From Ginglymostoma cirratum (lineage: Eukaryota), in contig JAHRHZ010000095.1 of the NCBI GenBank assembly GCA_024137785.1, forward strand, positions 5,669,489 to 5,733,488: a stretch of DNA of 64,000 nt. Direction: 5' to 3'. The position numbers and the translations under genes are program-made. Positions within the stretch are counted from its first letter, which is position 1; each line of letters begins with the position of its first letter. Of this stretch, positions 26,801 to 40,459 are shown in pieces. Below the pieces are notes generated by a model, which worked only from the letters and a program-made list of their open reading frames with translations, was not told the origin of the DNA and ran no database searches.

Positions 26801-27157
26801 TGTGATGGCCTCGTGGTATTATCGCTGGACTGTTAATCCAGAGACACAGATAATGTTCTGGGGACCTGGGTTCAAATCCGGCCGCAGCAGATGGTGGAAT
26901 TTGAATTCAATAAATATCTGGAATTAAGAATCTAATGATGACCATGAACCCGTTGTCAATTGTCAAGAAAAACCCATCTGATTCACTAATGTCCTTTAGG
27001 GAGGGAAACTGCCATCCTTACCTGGTCTGGCCTATATGTGACTCCAGACCCACAGCAGTGTGGTTGACTCTTAACTGCCCTCCGGGCAGTTAGGGATGGG
27101 CAATAAATGCTGGGCTACCCAGTGATGCCCTCATCCTGTGAATGAAGAAAGAATAAA
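26801..27157 (+). mobile_element. Second tRNA-headed SINE family, full length
   Basis: tggcctcgtggtatt...gggttcaaatcc head; tail ttagggatgggcaataaatgctgg...tgaatgaa; other copies at ~9020-9290(-), 27230-27900(-, interrupted), 47858-48212(-), 48480-48770(+), 58812-59164(-), 62990-63082(+, partial). Confidence 0.8.
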
Positions 27158-27369
27158 GGAAGTTCGTCTGAATAAAACTAAATGCCACACATTAAAATTG
27201 CAGTTGCTCCATGCATAATACAGAATAAAGTCATTATTTTTCTTCATTCATGAGATGCAGGATTTGCTGGCTAGGCTAGCATTTATTATTCATCCCTAAT
27301 TGGTATGGATCTAGAGTCACATAGGCCAGACCAGGTAGAGATGGCAAATTAGTGAACTATTGGGGTTTT

Positions 27370-27735
27370 AGAAGACTGTGAATGGCATGGATAGAGTAGA
27401 AAGTATGAGACTTTTTCCCAGGATGGAGGGGTCAATCACTAGGGCACACAGGTTCAAAGTGGGGAGGTTGGGGGGGAGCAGTTTAAAAGAAATGCGTGAG
27501 GCAAGTTTTTCACACACAGGGTAGTGAGTGCCTGGTAGTGAGTGCCGCCAGAGGAGGTGGTGGTGGAAACAGACCGTAACTGCATTCGAGAAGCACCTAG
27601 ACAAATACATGTATAAGAAGGAAATAGAGGGATACGGATTCCGTAAGTGAAGACCGTTTTAATATGGAAGGGCAAAATGTGTTAGCACATGGTTGGAGCA
27701 TCCAATGGCCTGTTTTTGTGCTATATTTTTCTTTG
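27370..27735 (+). mobile_element. CR1 3' end inserted in a SINE
   Basis: TRGHRFKV-like coding tail and ggcctgtttttgtgcta terminus. Confidence 0.78.
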
Positions 27736-28515
27736 TTTTTAATCAACGATAGTTACATGGCCTCTATTCAGCTGGCTTTTAATTCCAGATATTTTATTGA
27801 TTTTTAAATTTCACATGCCCGTGGTAGGAATAGTACCAATGTCACATTAGCCTGGGACTCTGGTTTATTAGTCCAGTAACATAGGCACTCCAACATCATC
27901 ACTTCCCCGCAATCAGTGGACCATAACAGTTTCCATACAAGGGACTGGCGAATAGGGTCGGCTGATAGATAGGTTCAGGATAATGATAATGAAGTGGCAT
28001 TACACCCTTGGAACAAATAATACTTCGTTGCGCCTCACAGACGCACCCGTTCGCTGACTGAATGGGAACCAACAAAATGACCCCTCCGTATCATAATTCT
28101 AATGCAAACGGACAGGAATTCATAACCTTAGATTTCCCGAGGTTGCTAACCTTTAGTGTGAAAGTGTTTGATAATGTTTGAGCAATGGCAGTATCCTGTA
28201 AATGTTGAAAGCAGTGTTGTGCCTTGGTTGGAATGATTTCCAGCACTTTCCCATTATTGAAGATTCCATGCAGCATGGCAAAGACTAGGCTTCGCATACG
28301 AAGCACATTGACTCGCTATTGTGACACAATGATGTTACAGGTGTGCTTTTATCAGACCTGTTGTCAGCCAAACTAAAGCTGAACGAAAACCGTGTTTCCG
28401 CTGCACCTTAAAATAAAAATCCGGAACAGCAATGTTACAACAAATAATGTATAGAAGCTATTATGCCCAACTGGCATTCTGTTAATAGGGACTATCTGAG
28501 CTGCAAATCACTGGG

Positions 28516-28522
28516 TACTAAC
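28516..28522 (+). promoter_or_regulatory. Perfect branch-point consensus TACTAAC
   Basis: About 30 nt upstream of the 28551 acceptor. Confidence 0.75.
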
Positions 28523-28550
28523 GGCGTTTTCTTTGATTTCCTGACTGCAG

Positions 28551-29465
28551 CTCACAACGGTAGCTGAAAAGTCCAGGATTGTCCAGCTGGAGGATGAACT
28601 GAATTTGAAGAACAGCGAAATTGAGGAACTGCAGCAGAGGCTGAGAAACTCGGACAAGTCAGACACACCAGAGCAGAGCCTCAGTCTGCAGTCAGAGGTC
28701 TTCAAGTTACGAGACCAGCTATCAGCGGTCAACAAAGAGCACCAAAGTGAGACCGTCTTACTGAAGGAAAAATATGAGGCCAGGTTGCGGGAGTATCAGG
28801 AGGAAATGGAAAAGTTGAAGGCCACTAATGAGAAATACTCGCAGGATATCAGTGACCTCCGACAGAAGCTCCACCAAGCAACTAAGGAAAACATGGAGAT
28901 GATGGACAACTGGAAGAACAAACTGGACACTTTAGTATCTGACCATCAGAAGTCTCTGGAGGAACTTAAAGTCTCACTGATTGCAGGTAGTGATGTTCAG
29001 AACAGTGAGCTGGTCGAGCTAAGAGCCACCATAGAAAGCCTGAAGATGGAGCACCAACTTGAGTGGGAGAATCTGAAAGCCAAGCACGAGATTGAGATGG
29101 CACTGCACATCAAGGAGAAAGAGGACTTCAAAGTTAAGCTGCAAGAAGCCAAATACGAACTGGAAGAGTGCAATGCAAACTGGCAGAACAAATTGGAGGT
29201 TACGACATGTCAGCACAGGCAAGAGCTCCAGGTGACCATCGATCAGCTCCGAAATGCTGAGCTGAGATTTAGTGAGCAGGAGAAACTTCATGCTGGGTAC
29301 AAAGACCAGGCACAGGCCATCAGCTTCTTAAAGGAGCAGATAGCTGCAGCCGAGAGAAAAATGACAGACTACGAGGCGCTCCAGAAGTCTGAGATCCAAC
29401 ACAAGCAGGAATTTAAGAACCTTCAGGAGAAGCTGCAAGCACTAGAAGCTCACCATTCTTCTGAA
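28551..29465 (+). CDS. CLIP2: CLIP2 large coiled-coil exon
   Basis: TACTAAC branch point at 28516-28522, acceptor ctgcag; LTTVAEKSRIVQLEDELNLKNSEIEELQQRL...KLQALEAHHSSE (in frame with ORF 28605..29471); donor GAA|gtatga; 915 nt, phase 0->0. Confidence 0.95.
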
Positions 29466-30289
29466 GTATGAGAATACACAAAATAAAAACATTAAATATA
29501 TCTCTGGTCGGTCTGTGGTAGGAGAAATCATGTTAGTCTTTCTGTGTTCTGGTTAAAATCAACTTCAAGAATATATAAAAGAAAAATTAACAATTTTAAT
29601 AACTGAGTTTAAACAAGTTGAAAATAATTTGACCATAATTAGATGTTAAATAGACAATGTAATGGGTTTAACCTTATGTGCCATCTGTACATTGAGTTGT
29701 AGACCAATGTTACTGTTCTGTTAAAGGGCAGGGGAATACAATGTATTTGCTTATGTGAAATGTAATTTAATGGTTCAATAATTTTGAGCACAGCTGATGC
29801 ATACTTGAGTTCTTAACACTGCATATCACAGCCAAATGCACAGGAGGAAAGGGCCAACAAAGCTGCAGGAGGTTTAAATAGGCATTTTCCAGGATTTGTC
29901 CGTGTCTCAGTAAACGTCTGCAGTGAGCAACGGAGCCAAGACTCAGCCCTCACTTTGAGGAAGAGTTAATGGTTCAGCAGGCAGCGGGAAGACATGATTT
30001 TATTGCCCCGGGTGACCCTGTTTTAAAGAGGACAACATTGGCCATAGTTCCGATTTCTAATCACAGTCCGCCGTCCCCTTCAAGGCTGATGAACCTGTAG
30101 GTTCCTATACCAGATCCTGATGGGAGTCGGTGTCCTAGGACTATACCCCAACAAATAATAGATAGCATCAAAGGAAGTAAGTGATGAATAAGATAGCAGC
30201 CAATTCTATCCTCAAAGTGAGAAAGACAAAGAAGGGGGTTTAATTTTGAACAGAGACATAGGGACTGGCTATCAGCTGGAGAGACACTA

Positions 30290-30670
30290 CTGCCCCACCC
30301 TCACTTCACCCCAACCCCTCCCACACCCTCACCTCCCCTCATCCCCTCCCACATCCTCACCTCCCCCCACACTCTTACCTTCCCCCACTCTCACCTCCTC
30401 CCTCACAACTCCACCCTCACTTCCCCCCATTCCCCACCCCACCCTCACTAGCCCCCCAACCCCTCCCCCACCCTCACCTCCCCGCATCCCCTCCCACATC
30501 CTCACCTCCCCCCACATTCTTACCTTCCCCCGCCCTCACCTCCCCCCCCACCCCCCATCCCACCGTCTCCTACCCTCATCCCTACCTCCCCGCATCCCCT
30601 CCCACATCCTCATCTCCTGCCACACTCTCACCTCCCCCCGCCCTCACCTCCCCCCATCCCCACACCCTGG
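30290..30670. repeat. C-rich low-complexity tract (ccctcacctcccc-like units)
   Basis: Direct reading; G-rich on the - strand; similar tracts at ~46500-47070 and ~57150-57320. Confidence 0.85.
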
Positions 30671-33600
30671 TTGACCAAAGTTCAGGCACCTGCCCCCTGT
30701 GGGAAGATGACCACCCTTAAGAAATGTTGCCCATTCAGAGTGCTCAGAGAGGTGATCATGCTGGGCTGGCGGTTACCCACTGAGTAAGCAGCCATGGAGG
30801 ACACCAGGCTGGAAGAGGTGACGGCAGAGGCCTCACTGGACTTGGTTAGGTAGGCCTGACAAGGCCAGGGTCAGGAGGTGGGTGATGTTTCCATGCCGGC
30901 GAGGTTCTCAACCACTTGAGGGCACCACTGTGAGAGATCAGCTGTCTGCCATCAGGAGGGAACTTGCCTGTGCTCTTCCCCAGAACCATCAGCCAGTTGC
31001 CGGGATGTATCCGGCAGCCTTGACAGGTGACCAACCTCTGCAGGTAAAGTATCAGTGGCAGCAGGAATTGTCCGGTGCATGGGAGGCCTGGCATCTACCC
31101 CTCTGGTATGGCCAAACTCTTTCATAACCTATCAATAACTTTGTAATTCATGATCACGCAGTCAATTTGGAAATTGTAAGATGCCTCGAGCAGCAAATAA
31201 GGAATTTTTGGTACAGTTGACCAGGCAGATGCATTAAATTAATGTCTCACTTCTATCGATTGTTATGAACTCACCGTAACACCTAAGAAGGGGTCTGACC
31301 ATCTGCTGAAACCCACTGTGGCCTGTCTTGGTTGTCTGACTTGCCAACCCAGTGGTGCCCATTTGTTGCTGCCTGCTCTTAATGAGGCCAATGCCTGAAA
31401 ATCATAGCCACCTCTTAGCCGCAAGCCAACAGCTTGAGAGCCAAACATAAACCATGAGCCTTTTATCAAAGTTGCTAGCCTGTGATTCTGTGATGAAATG
31501 TCACTGTGGATTAAGCTGCTTAAATCCACAATGAGCTTTGAACCCAGATCTCAGTGGTCCTTTCCCAGGCCAGCACTGACCTATGAGAGAATGGAGCTGA
31601 TCTTTCTCTCGGAAGTAATAACACTGGAGCAAATCTTCTGATTAATAAAGTTTGAAAGGTCTTGACATAAGTTGCAGACCTAGGTTAGTGCACAGTGGCA
31701 CTGAGCTGAGGTTAAGCGAGTTTAGGCTTCATTAAGTTGACCATTTCCCAAGGTGTGCTGTCTAGCTACGCTTCCTATGCCAGGTAGTGCTGTACATTAA
31801 GGGTATCACTTGATGTGATGCCATCTGCAACATCCTCCCTATTTATGCCAGAAATCCACATGGCATTACTCCCAAGCCTTACAACAGTGCAGGAGTCTCG
31901 ATGAATGGGTATCTGTTAGGCAATTCTAGCATTTCTCCATAACATTTCCTGAAGACCATGATTATCTTGTTCACCCTGAGGGCAGAGGAGTACTCTGTGA
32001 AACCACGGGTCTGCAAAGTTATCCCATTTCCTGGGCTACTTGGTAAGTTGGTCATAGTGTAGGAGACAGTGCACCAGGCTTCATTATACAGAAGGAAGCA
32101 TCAACTTGCGGGCTATGCTTGCCATCCTCTCCTCCCTTCACCTATTAACCCTCGGGAAACCAAGACACTGACCTCTTACTTACAATCACCAATTTGGAAC
32201 CAGGTATTTGTTCTGTGCAGTTCAGCGCTGCAAAGTTTCTTCTTTACCAATAAGAAAATTAATGCACTCAATTTTAACACGATTCTTTCATTTGTTTTGG
32301 ACTGAGCTGGATTTGGAAGTTAAGCAGATTTCTTCATGTGGATGGCAAAAGAGCACGCAGACGGGCCCAAATCAATGCAATTCAGTGCAGAGAAAAGCAT
32401 GTATTCACATGAAGAAACATTTTCGAGAAGTTGCAGCTTGCATACTAACTTTATTAAGCTTCTGGTACTTTCCCTTCTTGATGCCTGTTTCAGATTCTTT
32501 CAATGTATCGCTGACGCTGCCACTCAGTTTTTTGTTTAGTTTAAGCCCCTCACTCGGGGACAAGGAGCACGACGGTGAGATTCCACACGCTTGCCAAGTA
32601 ACATTGCATGTCATTGTGTGCATGGCTTTGCTGCAGCGCTCTTGTCTTCTGGGTACTGGACACTTCTGGGTACAATGCTGACAGCGTGTTCCTTCCTCTT
32701 GGTCAGTGTAGCAGTGAGGCTGCCTCACAGTTGGTGGGATGCAGCTGAAGCTGATGGTTTCGCTCGTGCTTTACAACAGGCTGCAACCTTGTTTAACTCC
32801 ACAGCAGCACTGATGGTTTTATCTCTTGCTTGCTTTTAGAAAGCTAACCGTCCTCCTCACTGTAAGCATTTACATGTGCCAGGGAACTGTGTAGCACACA
32901 TGCCTGCTATAGAGGACATGCAGGGGGGAATGTGTGCCAAGGTGAGGGGTACTTAATGAGAAATGTATTTAATGTTACCTTGTGCTTTCCTTGTCCGGCT
33001 TGCAATCCTCTTCGAGGTCACTGCCTTGCCTTCTATCTCAATGGGGCTCCCTAGCCCAAGTGTGTAATTGTTGTATTATCTCCAAGCCGAGAGCTGCTTC
33101 ATGAAGAAGGTTAATGACCTTAATGTACAACCGAGCCTGAAGACTTTAGACATTCTTGACCATGGAGGATGTCCCTACTGGCAATGATTCAGAGCTCTAT
33201 CATTAAGCCACTTATCATCTCAATGGCTGCCCAGGAACCTAGTCTTCAGGAGGGCCGATTGCGCACGGACACAAGTTGTAAATTAGAAGCTTCATGCGAA
33301 TAGTTGGCTGTGCGTCAGCAGAGACCTTTTGTGATTGAATCTGCTCCCTCACACTATACTGAGTGGCTGCAATCTAATAACCAAAACATCCAGTATAATT
33401 GTGCTGGGGCTCAGGCTCCGAATGTTACACCCTGTACCCTTCAAGATTCATTGTGCTCCATTGTGATGGCCATTTGGCTTCTATTGGTGAGTGCTAGGGT
33501 GATGCATTCCTGCAGTGGTGCACACAGACATTCACAAGCTACTGCCCACAAAGGACCTGCCAAATAGTCTTCAATAGTCAGAAATACAGGATTGATGACA

Positions 33601-35072
33601 GGGTAAAGAACCTCCCACCCTCCCTAATGACTGTGCTGGATGACTTGTGCACTTTGCTAGGTCTCTGCAATGCTCCTGTGAAAGTGGGGCACTCCTGCTT
33701 TGAGGAGCACGTGGTGGTCCGAGAGAACAAAACACATGGCAATTGCTGCTGGCTTCCTGTGCCAATCGTGAATGGCCTTTATCTGTTGAGGGGGCATCGG
33801 GATACATGAAGTCTGATTCAGACCTACAGACTCTGCCAACCAGATGACGACCTGAAACACCAGGATATCTTGCTTCATTGATTCTTATCAGAATGAGACG
33901 TATTTTGCAACAAGAATACGATAAAACATAGTTTTACAAAAATCAGAGCAGAATAATTTATTCGACAAATAGAAGACCAGAGTCATCAGGACATTGTATT
34001 TCTCGATGGAAGGTAACATTTGTTCAAAGAACTGCTGAAAAGGATTTGGGATTCCTTCAGAAACTTACTTGGTGAGAAGCTGCCAGACCAGGTACATCTT
34101 AGTGACAGATTCCATTTCTTTGGTTCATCTTGTTTCATTCTTTTGTCAGGTGTTCTTTGAGCATCAAGATGTGCAACTGCGTAAAATATAGATGCTTTAT
34201 AAAGGACTCTTAAGTTGGCTGTGCAATTATGGTTTCAGAAGAAGGTTACAGTATCGAGTTAGAGTATTGCTTCTCTAACATCTCATGTAGATGACATTCT
34301 TCCAATAAACAACTCATAATTTAGTCTTCAATACCTCATCTGTCTGCATGATGTTTTCTGACCAATGTATAAACAGAAGTTCAGCACTGCCTTTTCTTAC
34401 AGTGCCATGTCTGGCCTCTTCTCATTGGAGTGGGACTCTGTTGTTGGAGGCATTAGATCTACTCTGGGCATTTACAATAGGATCTATACTCGTTTCAATT
34501 TAATGAAACAGTGATAGTTTAGGTTGTTAAAATGTCAGGTATGTGAATCCCACTCAGCATGCCTGTAAAGTTACATTGCAAGATATAAACCTTTTATGGA
34601 AATTAGATCTCACAGACCTTTTCCTGGGCTGGTAGTCTTTAGAGGAAATTCAAACCCAAGTGGCTCTTCCTCCACCTTTTTGAGAGCAGCCATGAGCTGC
34701 TTTGGGGTAATAATTAGCAATATTTTAAGTTGAGGTAAGGGTTACTGTGTTGCCGACTACTGCTAGCTAAAATATACAGGGATGTTAGAAATGTTTGAGA
34801 GAAGCAGATGAACCATAACTGGTTCTGCAATGAAAGGTGTGAGGGTAGAGCTACTATTGATGTTGTTCTCCTACGAATACTTACGGAATTTCTGTGGTTC
34901 ATACCCATGCTAAATTAATGCAGAGGAATTTCACGCATGTGGTAAGTGTTTGCATGAAGAACACACAGTTATAATTTCCATTCTATAATCAGGGCCTACT
35001 GAACATTGAGGGAATACTGAGAGTTTAAACCTCGACCATCACACTTCAATAACTTTATTGATATGCTTACAG

Positions 35073-35130
35073 GCCATTGACAGCAATAACATCTTGAAAG
35101 AGAAAATGAAAATGAAGCAGTCAATAGAAG
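35073..35130 (+). CDS. CLIP2: CLIP2 coding exon
   Basis: Acceptor gcttacag; AIDSNNILKEKMKMKQSIE (resembles mammalian MIESNDISEETIRTKETVE as recalled); donor G|gtaact; 58 nt, phase 0->1. Confidence 0.85.
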
Positions 35131-35229
35131 GTAACTTCCGAAGTAATTTGAAGTTTTATTTGTCAGTACTTTTGCACAACCTTGATCTCAATTCTTACTT
35201 TCTCAATTGGTTGTTTTGCCACCTTTTAG

Positions 35230-35313
35230 ACTTATTAGACAAACTTGGTAAAAGGGAAAAGGACGTTTCTTCAATGTCATCACAGATCGAGTTACTAAAG
35301 ACACAGATTGTTG
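35230..35313 (+). CDS. CLIP2: CLIP2 coding exon
   Basis: Acceptor ccttttag; (D)LLDKLGKREKDVSSMSSQIELLKTQIV; donor G|gtgagt; 84 nt, phase 1->1. Confidence 0.9.
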
Positions 35314-36142
35314 GTGAGTCAGTTGAAGATAATAGCTATTTCATGTCACTCTAATGAAAAAAATACAGAGACGTACTTTCGACATTATGTAAATCTTTAT
35401 GGAAGACAAAGAGCAAACTTTTGGTGGGGGGGGGTGAATACTTATAATTTTAATGAACAGTAATGCGTTCCTCTCTCCTTTTTATATCATCTTCTCCTGC
35501 ACAGAAAGCACAACAATGTAATTCATGAAAATGAAGAGAAAGAAAAATTGATATAGTTCTTGTTATCCACTCCTTATTGTGTAGAGTATGCTTGCGGAAC
35601 TCATTTAAGTAGGGGAAGCAGCTAGTTTGTTCCTCAAGACACAATAAATTTGATCTCATATTAAAATCCATTTATGGTCTCATTGTTCCATGTCTCTGGT
35701 AATTGTCTTCAGCCCTGCGGCCATCTGAGATTGCTGCATTCCTCCACCAGTGGCCGCTTATGCTCATTACATTTCTTTTGCTCACCATTGATGGCTGTGC
35801 CTAAATAGCACCATGCTCTTTGATTCACCCCTGAACCCACTTCCCTAATCCCCTTAACTCTTCACCTCCCTCTTGCCTCCTTTTTAAGATCCTTTCCTCG
35901 TACCACTGAATGCCTCTGGTTGAAATAGAACTTCATGTCTTTGGGAATGACCTAGTTGAGTTGGTGGGAAATAATGAAAGATGAGGACAACTGATACTGT
36001 ACTAACTTGGAAAGGCTTGATTATAATCAGCTAATAACTCGTCTGACTTTCACACAGTAGATTTGACTGTGTATGTAGTTCCCCAGGTATAGAACTTTCT
36101 ACAGGGTCATGCTGCCAGTAACCACACCTTTCACCTCTGCAG

Positions 36143-36299
36143 CTCTAGAACACAAGTCAAAATCTTCCGAGAAAAAGGCCGACGCGACAACAAAGGAGAA
36201 AGCCAAGCTGGAAATGGAACTGGAGGCCCTAACCCGTAAATCCCATGATGCTTCAGGACAGCTGGTCATCATTAGTCAAGAGCTGCTGAAGAAGGAACG
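36143..36299 (+). CDS. CLIP2: CLIP2 coding exon
   Basis: Acceptor ctctgcag; (A)LEHKSKSSEKKADATTKEKAKLEMELEALTRKSHDASGQLVIISQELLKKE(R); donor CG|gtgaga; 157 nt, phase 1->2. Confidence 0.94.
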
Positions 36300-37065
36300 G
36301 TGAGAGTTCCCCATCTTTTAACGGCTGTAGACGCCATTGTTAAAGTCTGTACATAGTGTGGAGTAAGCATTCAAAGCCAGAGAGATGTGACTGAAAATGG
36401 GGCTGGAGGGGCAGACAGCTGTGGGAAGTTTTTACAAGTGTTATTCAGTAACCAGGGAAGGAAAAATCCATCTGGATAAACACTGTTCCTGCTGATTACT
36501 CAGCAAAGAGTTCTCGCCAGATGGCAGAAAATTGTCTTGCATTTTGTTTGAGACAACTTGCTTTGCATTATAAACAAATACTATTTTTGGATTCCATTGG
36601 GCAGTTTATGTCAACAATGAAGTGAAATACTGCCTTAGGCTGAATAATGTTACTTTAAGTTAGGCTCATTCTGTTGTTGAAGCTGAATTTAAAAGCTCTT
36701 TCACCTTCCCTCTGATCTGAATTCTTTAAATAGCTCCAGCTACTCAAAGCAGAGGCCTAAAGGCTCGGGCTATGGTCGTGGTTAAATGTTACAGCTGAGT
36801 GTTAGACCTAACTATACAATGAGTGATGGCCAACAACATTTGTGCTGTTTGCAAACCAGTCAGTGTTTTTCATTGTAAGTAATAATGAAGCGTTACTTAC
36901 TTAGAGCAGCAGCAGCATTCACACCTGCAGACTCCACTCTGGCCTTGTAAAACATTGCTTCCAGAAAACTGTATCTGGTCCTTGGATATCCTGTGTGATT
37001 GCCTCTATGAAAGAGAAGAGTTAGATTTGAACCATCCTGGGTTAGCCACAGGCTGACTGGCCCTG

Positions 37066-37389
37066 GGAATCCCAACAGTGTGGAAACAGGCCATTTGGCC
37101 CAATGAGTACACACCAAACCTCTGAACAGCATCCCACCCAGATCCACACCCCTACCGTATCCCAGTAACCCTGCATTTCCCATGGCCACCACATCGAACC
37201 TACACATCCCTGGTCACTATGGATAATTTAGCATAGCTAAACCATTAAACCTGCACATCTTTGGACTGTGAGAGGAAACCCATGCAGACAGAGGGAGGAT
37301 GTGTAAATGCCACACAGTCGCCCGAGGGTAGAATTGAACCTGGGTCCCTAGCACTGTGAGGCAGCAGTGCTAACCACTGAGCCACCATG
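37066..37389 (-). mobile_element. HE1-like V-SINE
   Basis: Reverse-oriented head, V-domain and tail. Confidence 0.85.
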
Positions 37390-37691
37390 CCACCAACATG
37401 GCATCCTGTTGAGTGATGCAGTAATTCTTGTGTACACAATCATTCACAAACATTGGCTACTCCTCAGTTCGAGGCTGACGTCTGTTCAGGGGAATGGGCT
37501 TCTGCCCGGAGTTAACATGAGACTGAACATGTGGCTGATTCTCAACCTGCAGACCATTGGCCAGCGTGTCTCCCAGGTAACTGGGCAGACAGTGCAGAAT
37601 TCAGTCACTCACAGTGTAAAGTTCACATTTTAACAGAACTGTTTGTTATTAGTCCTCCGCTTTGCCATCTCCACTTTAGATCATAACAATA

Positions 37692-37901
37692 CAGGGGTCT
37701 CCGATTTCTAAACATTCGACTTACAAACACTTGTACTTACAAACATGATTCCATACAGGAGTATAATTTTAAATATCTGACATACGAACATTTCCTGTTC
37801 TTACCAACAGCTGCGTTATGTTGTCCTGCTTTGTGTTCCAACTTGGGTACAAATGAACTCGCAAATGGACTCAGGAACCGTCACAACCCAGGCACTGCCT
37901 G
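37692..37901. mobile_element. Tigger/Tc1-mariner-like MITE remnant
   Basis: TA|CAGGGGTCTCCG ... GGCACTGCCTG|TA: imperfect CAGG-initial inverted ends flanked by TA, with internal cgacttacaaac repeats. Confidence 0.55.
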
Positions 37902-38849
37902 TATGCGTAATGACACTGATCTGATTGATTACAAATGCCCTAAACACTTGCCCATGGGGGCAGCCTTCTCCTTTGTGTAATCTCTTTGGTATTCCATACC
38001 TTTATCCCACCTTCTGTTCTGCCCTGTCTGCCCAGGTTACTTTATTGGCTTCCTTATTCCTTTCTCAGTCAAAAGACTCCCTCTCCGATGTGACTATTAA
38101 CAAATATTATAATACGGTATAAAATAGCTCCTTCCCCGCTTTATCAGAATTTTGAATAGACCTTTCTAATGTTAATGTTGATTTCTCTCTGCACCTTCTT
38201 GACAGCCGTAACCCTGTATCCTTCACTCTGTTCTGTTACCCCAAAACTCTTGTATCACCTGGCTGGAAAGCATGTAAAACAACACTTTTCACTGTAGTTC
38301 GGTACACTGGACTGTAACAAATCAAATCAAATACCCGCGAGGGTTGTGATACTGAGAACCTCCATGAATGCTGAAATCCATGAGTGCGGAGCTCATTAAA
38401 AATGTGGTTAAAAATATCATGTGATTTTAGCTGCCGGATGTTGATTTTTGTTATTGCTTATTTTTTGGCGCAAATGAGCAAATATGCGGTTCAGATACAG
38501 AGGATTTACTATATAGACTTTGAAATCAGTCATGCTCAATTGAGCAGGGATCTAGTCAATTGCTATGAAACAAGCTCATACCAGACTCTCTAAACTATTC
38601 ATATTAACACCAGACAATAAATTATACCACTTTTCCCCAGGAGAATTTTTAGAAGTTAATTAAAAATTTAACAAATGCTCTAATGAACCCTATTCTGCAA
38701 AATTACTAAGGCTTAGCAGCAAGGTCCCAGAATAATTTGTATTTTTTTTCTGAGATGTTGGCTAAATTCTAATGGTTTCCTCGTGGAAGAAAAATCCATT
38801 TATCTCATTCCATTTGTTGTTCATGAGACAATGTTGTAGACAACAAATA

Positions 38850-40150
38850 GCTGACTTTTATTGGTGAAATATGACCTCTCACACAAAAATGAACATTGAC
38901 TCAAATAAAGAGATATTAAGAAAGGTGTTTGGGGCTTTATAAGGAAGAGGAGGTGGCAAGTATTCAGGAGAGAATTCCAGAGCTTGCAAAGTGTGTAGGT
39001 GATATCCAAGAGACTACAAGATCGGGGAAAGGTTCTAGAGCTTGTGGCGGTTACAGAAATAAAAAGCAAGGAGGCCCTAAAGGAATTTAGAATTAGTATT
39101 AGGTTCATTGTCACATGTACTCAAGTATGAAAGTACGGACTACAGTGAAAAGTATGCAATGTTGCCACAGACGGCACCATCTTAAGTACAAAGTAGCTAG
39201 TTACAAATCTTAGGTACAAAAATAGAGAAATAAAGAATAAAGCAGAAATTCTAGCACTGGAATGAGAACTTTGAATTTGATGTTTTGGTAGGCAGGAGTT
39301 CATGCAAACTATTAGGGAGAAGAACAAGTGAAACATGGTGCAGGTTATGACACAAGTAGAAGGATTTTTGCTGAACCCAGAGCAAATAGGAAATTCAAAG
39401 CCAGTCAACAGTGCATTGGACTGAAGTCCTTAGCTGAAATAGGCCTAGGTGTGAACAAAATGGCAATATTGAGGAGGTAGAAGGAGGTCTTGATGAAGGA
39501 AAAGGGCATGGGATTGGTCATAAAGTTAAGGGTGACCGAGATGCATATAGTCTGGATTGACTGATCACAGCGGCCAGGAAGGGAGAAGCAATTAAGATGA
39601 GGAAAAGGGAGATGTAGCAGAGACCAAAGGCAGTGACTTGCAAATTCCTAAGATTTAACTGGAAGAAAATGTTTCTTATCCAAGACCAGCTGTTGAACAA
39701 GCGGTCTGAGCGTGCAGGCAGTGCAGAGTCTGCGAAGTTCTAATGAGGCTAAATTGAATCTGTGTGGAACCAGGATTTCTGTTACACCCCAACATAGTTG
39801 TAGCAGGTGGAACAACACAATGTCTGAGGAACTCTGAGGCACATGTTTTTCGATGAGATTGTAACATCTAGATCAGAAATGGGAGGGGCTGAAGAACAGA
39901 TCATTGAAGAACTCCAAATGACCCCTATGCAGGGAGCAAAGAGCTGTTCAGATGCTTCAGCTACAAGGGAGAGGTAGGAAAGGAACCAACTGAAGGCAGT
40001 TCCACTGAACTGGATAATGGTGCAGAGGATTGAAGGGAAAGTACATGATCAGCCATAACAAAGGCTACAGAAAGTCTAAAGAGGCCATTTCATGAGAGCC
40101 TGACTGGGTAGAGTGAACCTTGGAGTATTGGGAAAAATGGGTTCAAATTT
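38850..40150 (-). mobile_element. Very degenerate LINE (probably L2-like) with an inserted Rex1-type tail at ~39090-39250
   Basis: Purine-rich reverse LINE-like sequence; ttcattgtcacatgtact...cagtgaaaag is the reverse of the tail seen at 7860-7895. Confidence 0.45.
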
Positions 40151-40459
40151 GAAAGATGATAATGTTCAAGGAATCAAAACAGACTGGAAACATTAGCAGA
40201 GGGATAAACAGAATTAACCTTCCAGATCGATTACGTATGATGCTGAATGTTCCTGTTTTAATATCAAATTTCCAGCATCTATAGTATGCTGCATTCATTC
40301 TCAGCACTGGAGGAATGAGGAGAGGAAACAGCAGAAAGCAGGAGGTGTGTGCTTCACAAGTACAGAGGGGCTTTGGTCAGGTTTTACGGAGGGAGATGTG
40401 AGGTTAAAAAGGAGTGGGAAATCTTTTACAATATCAAGTAGCATGGAGACCAGGAAGGA

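Noticed and set aside
30246-30674. Pro/Thr/His-rich ORFs here and at 46680-47096
   Set aside because: Products of C-rich low-complexity DNA, with no splice context fitting the gene
30700-34400. Possible decayed Harbinger-type transposon (e.g. MKKVNDL-like and LK..LD.GG-like fragments)
   Set aside because: Motifs too short and degenerate, and no terminal inverted repeats identified; needs a tblastn/HMM search
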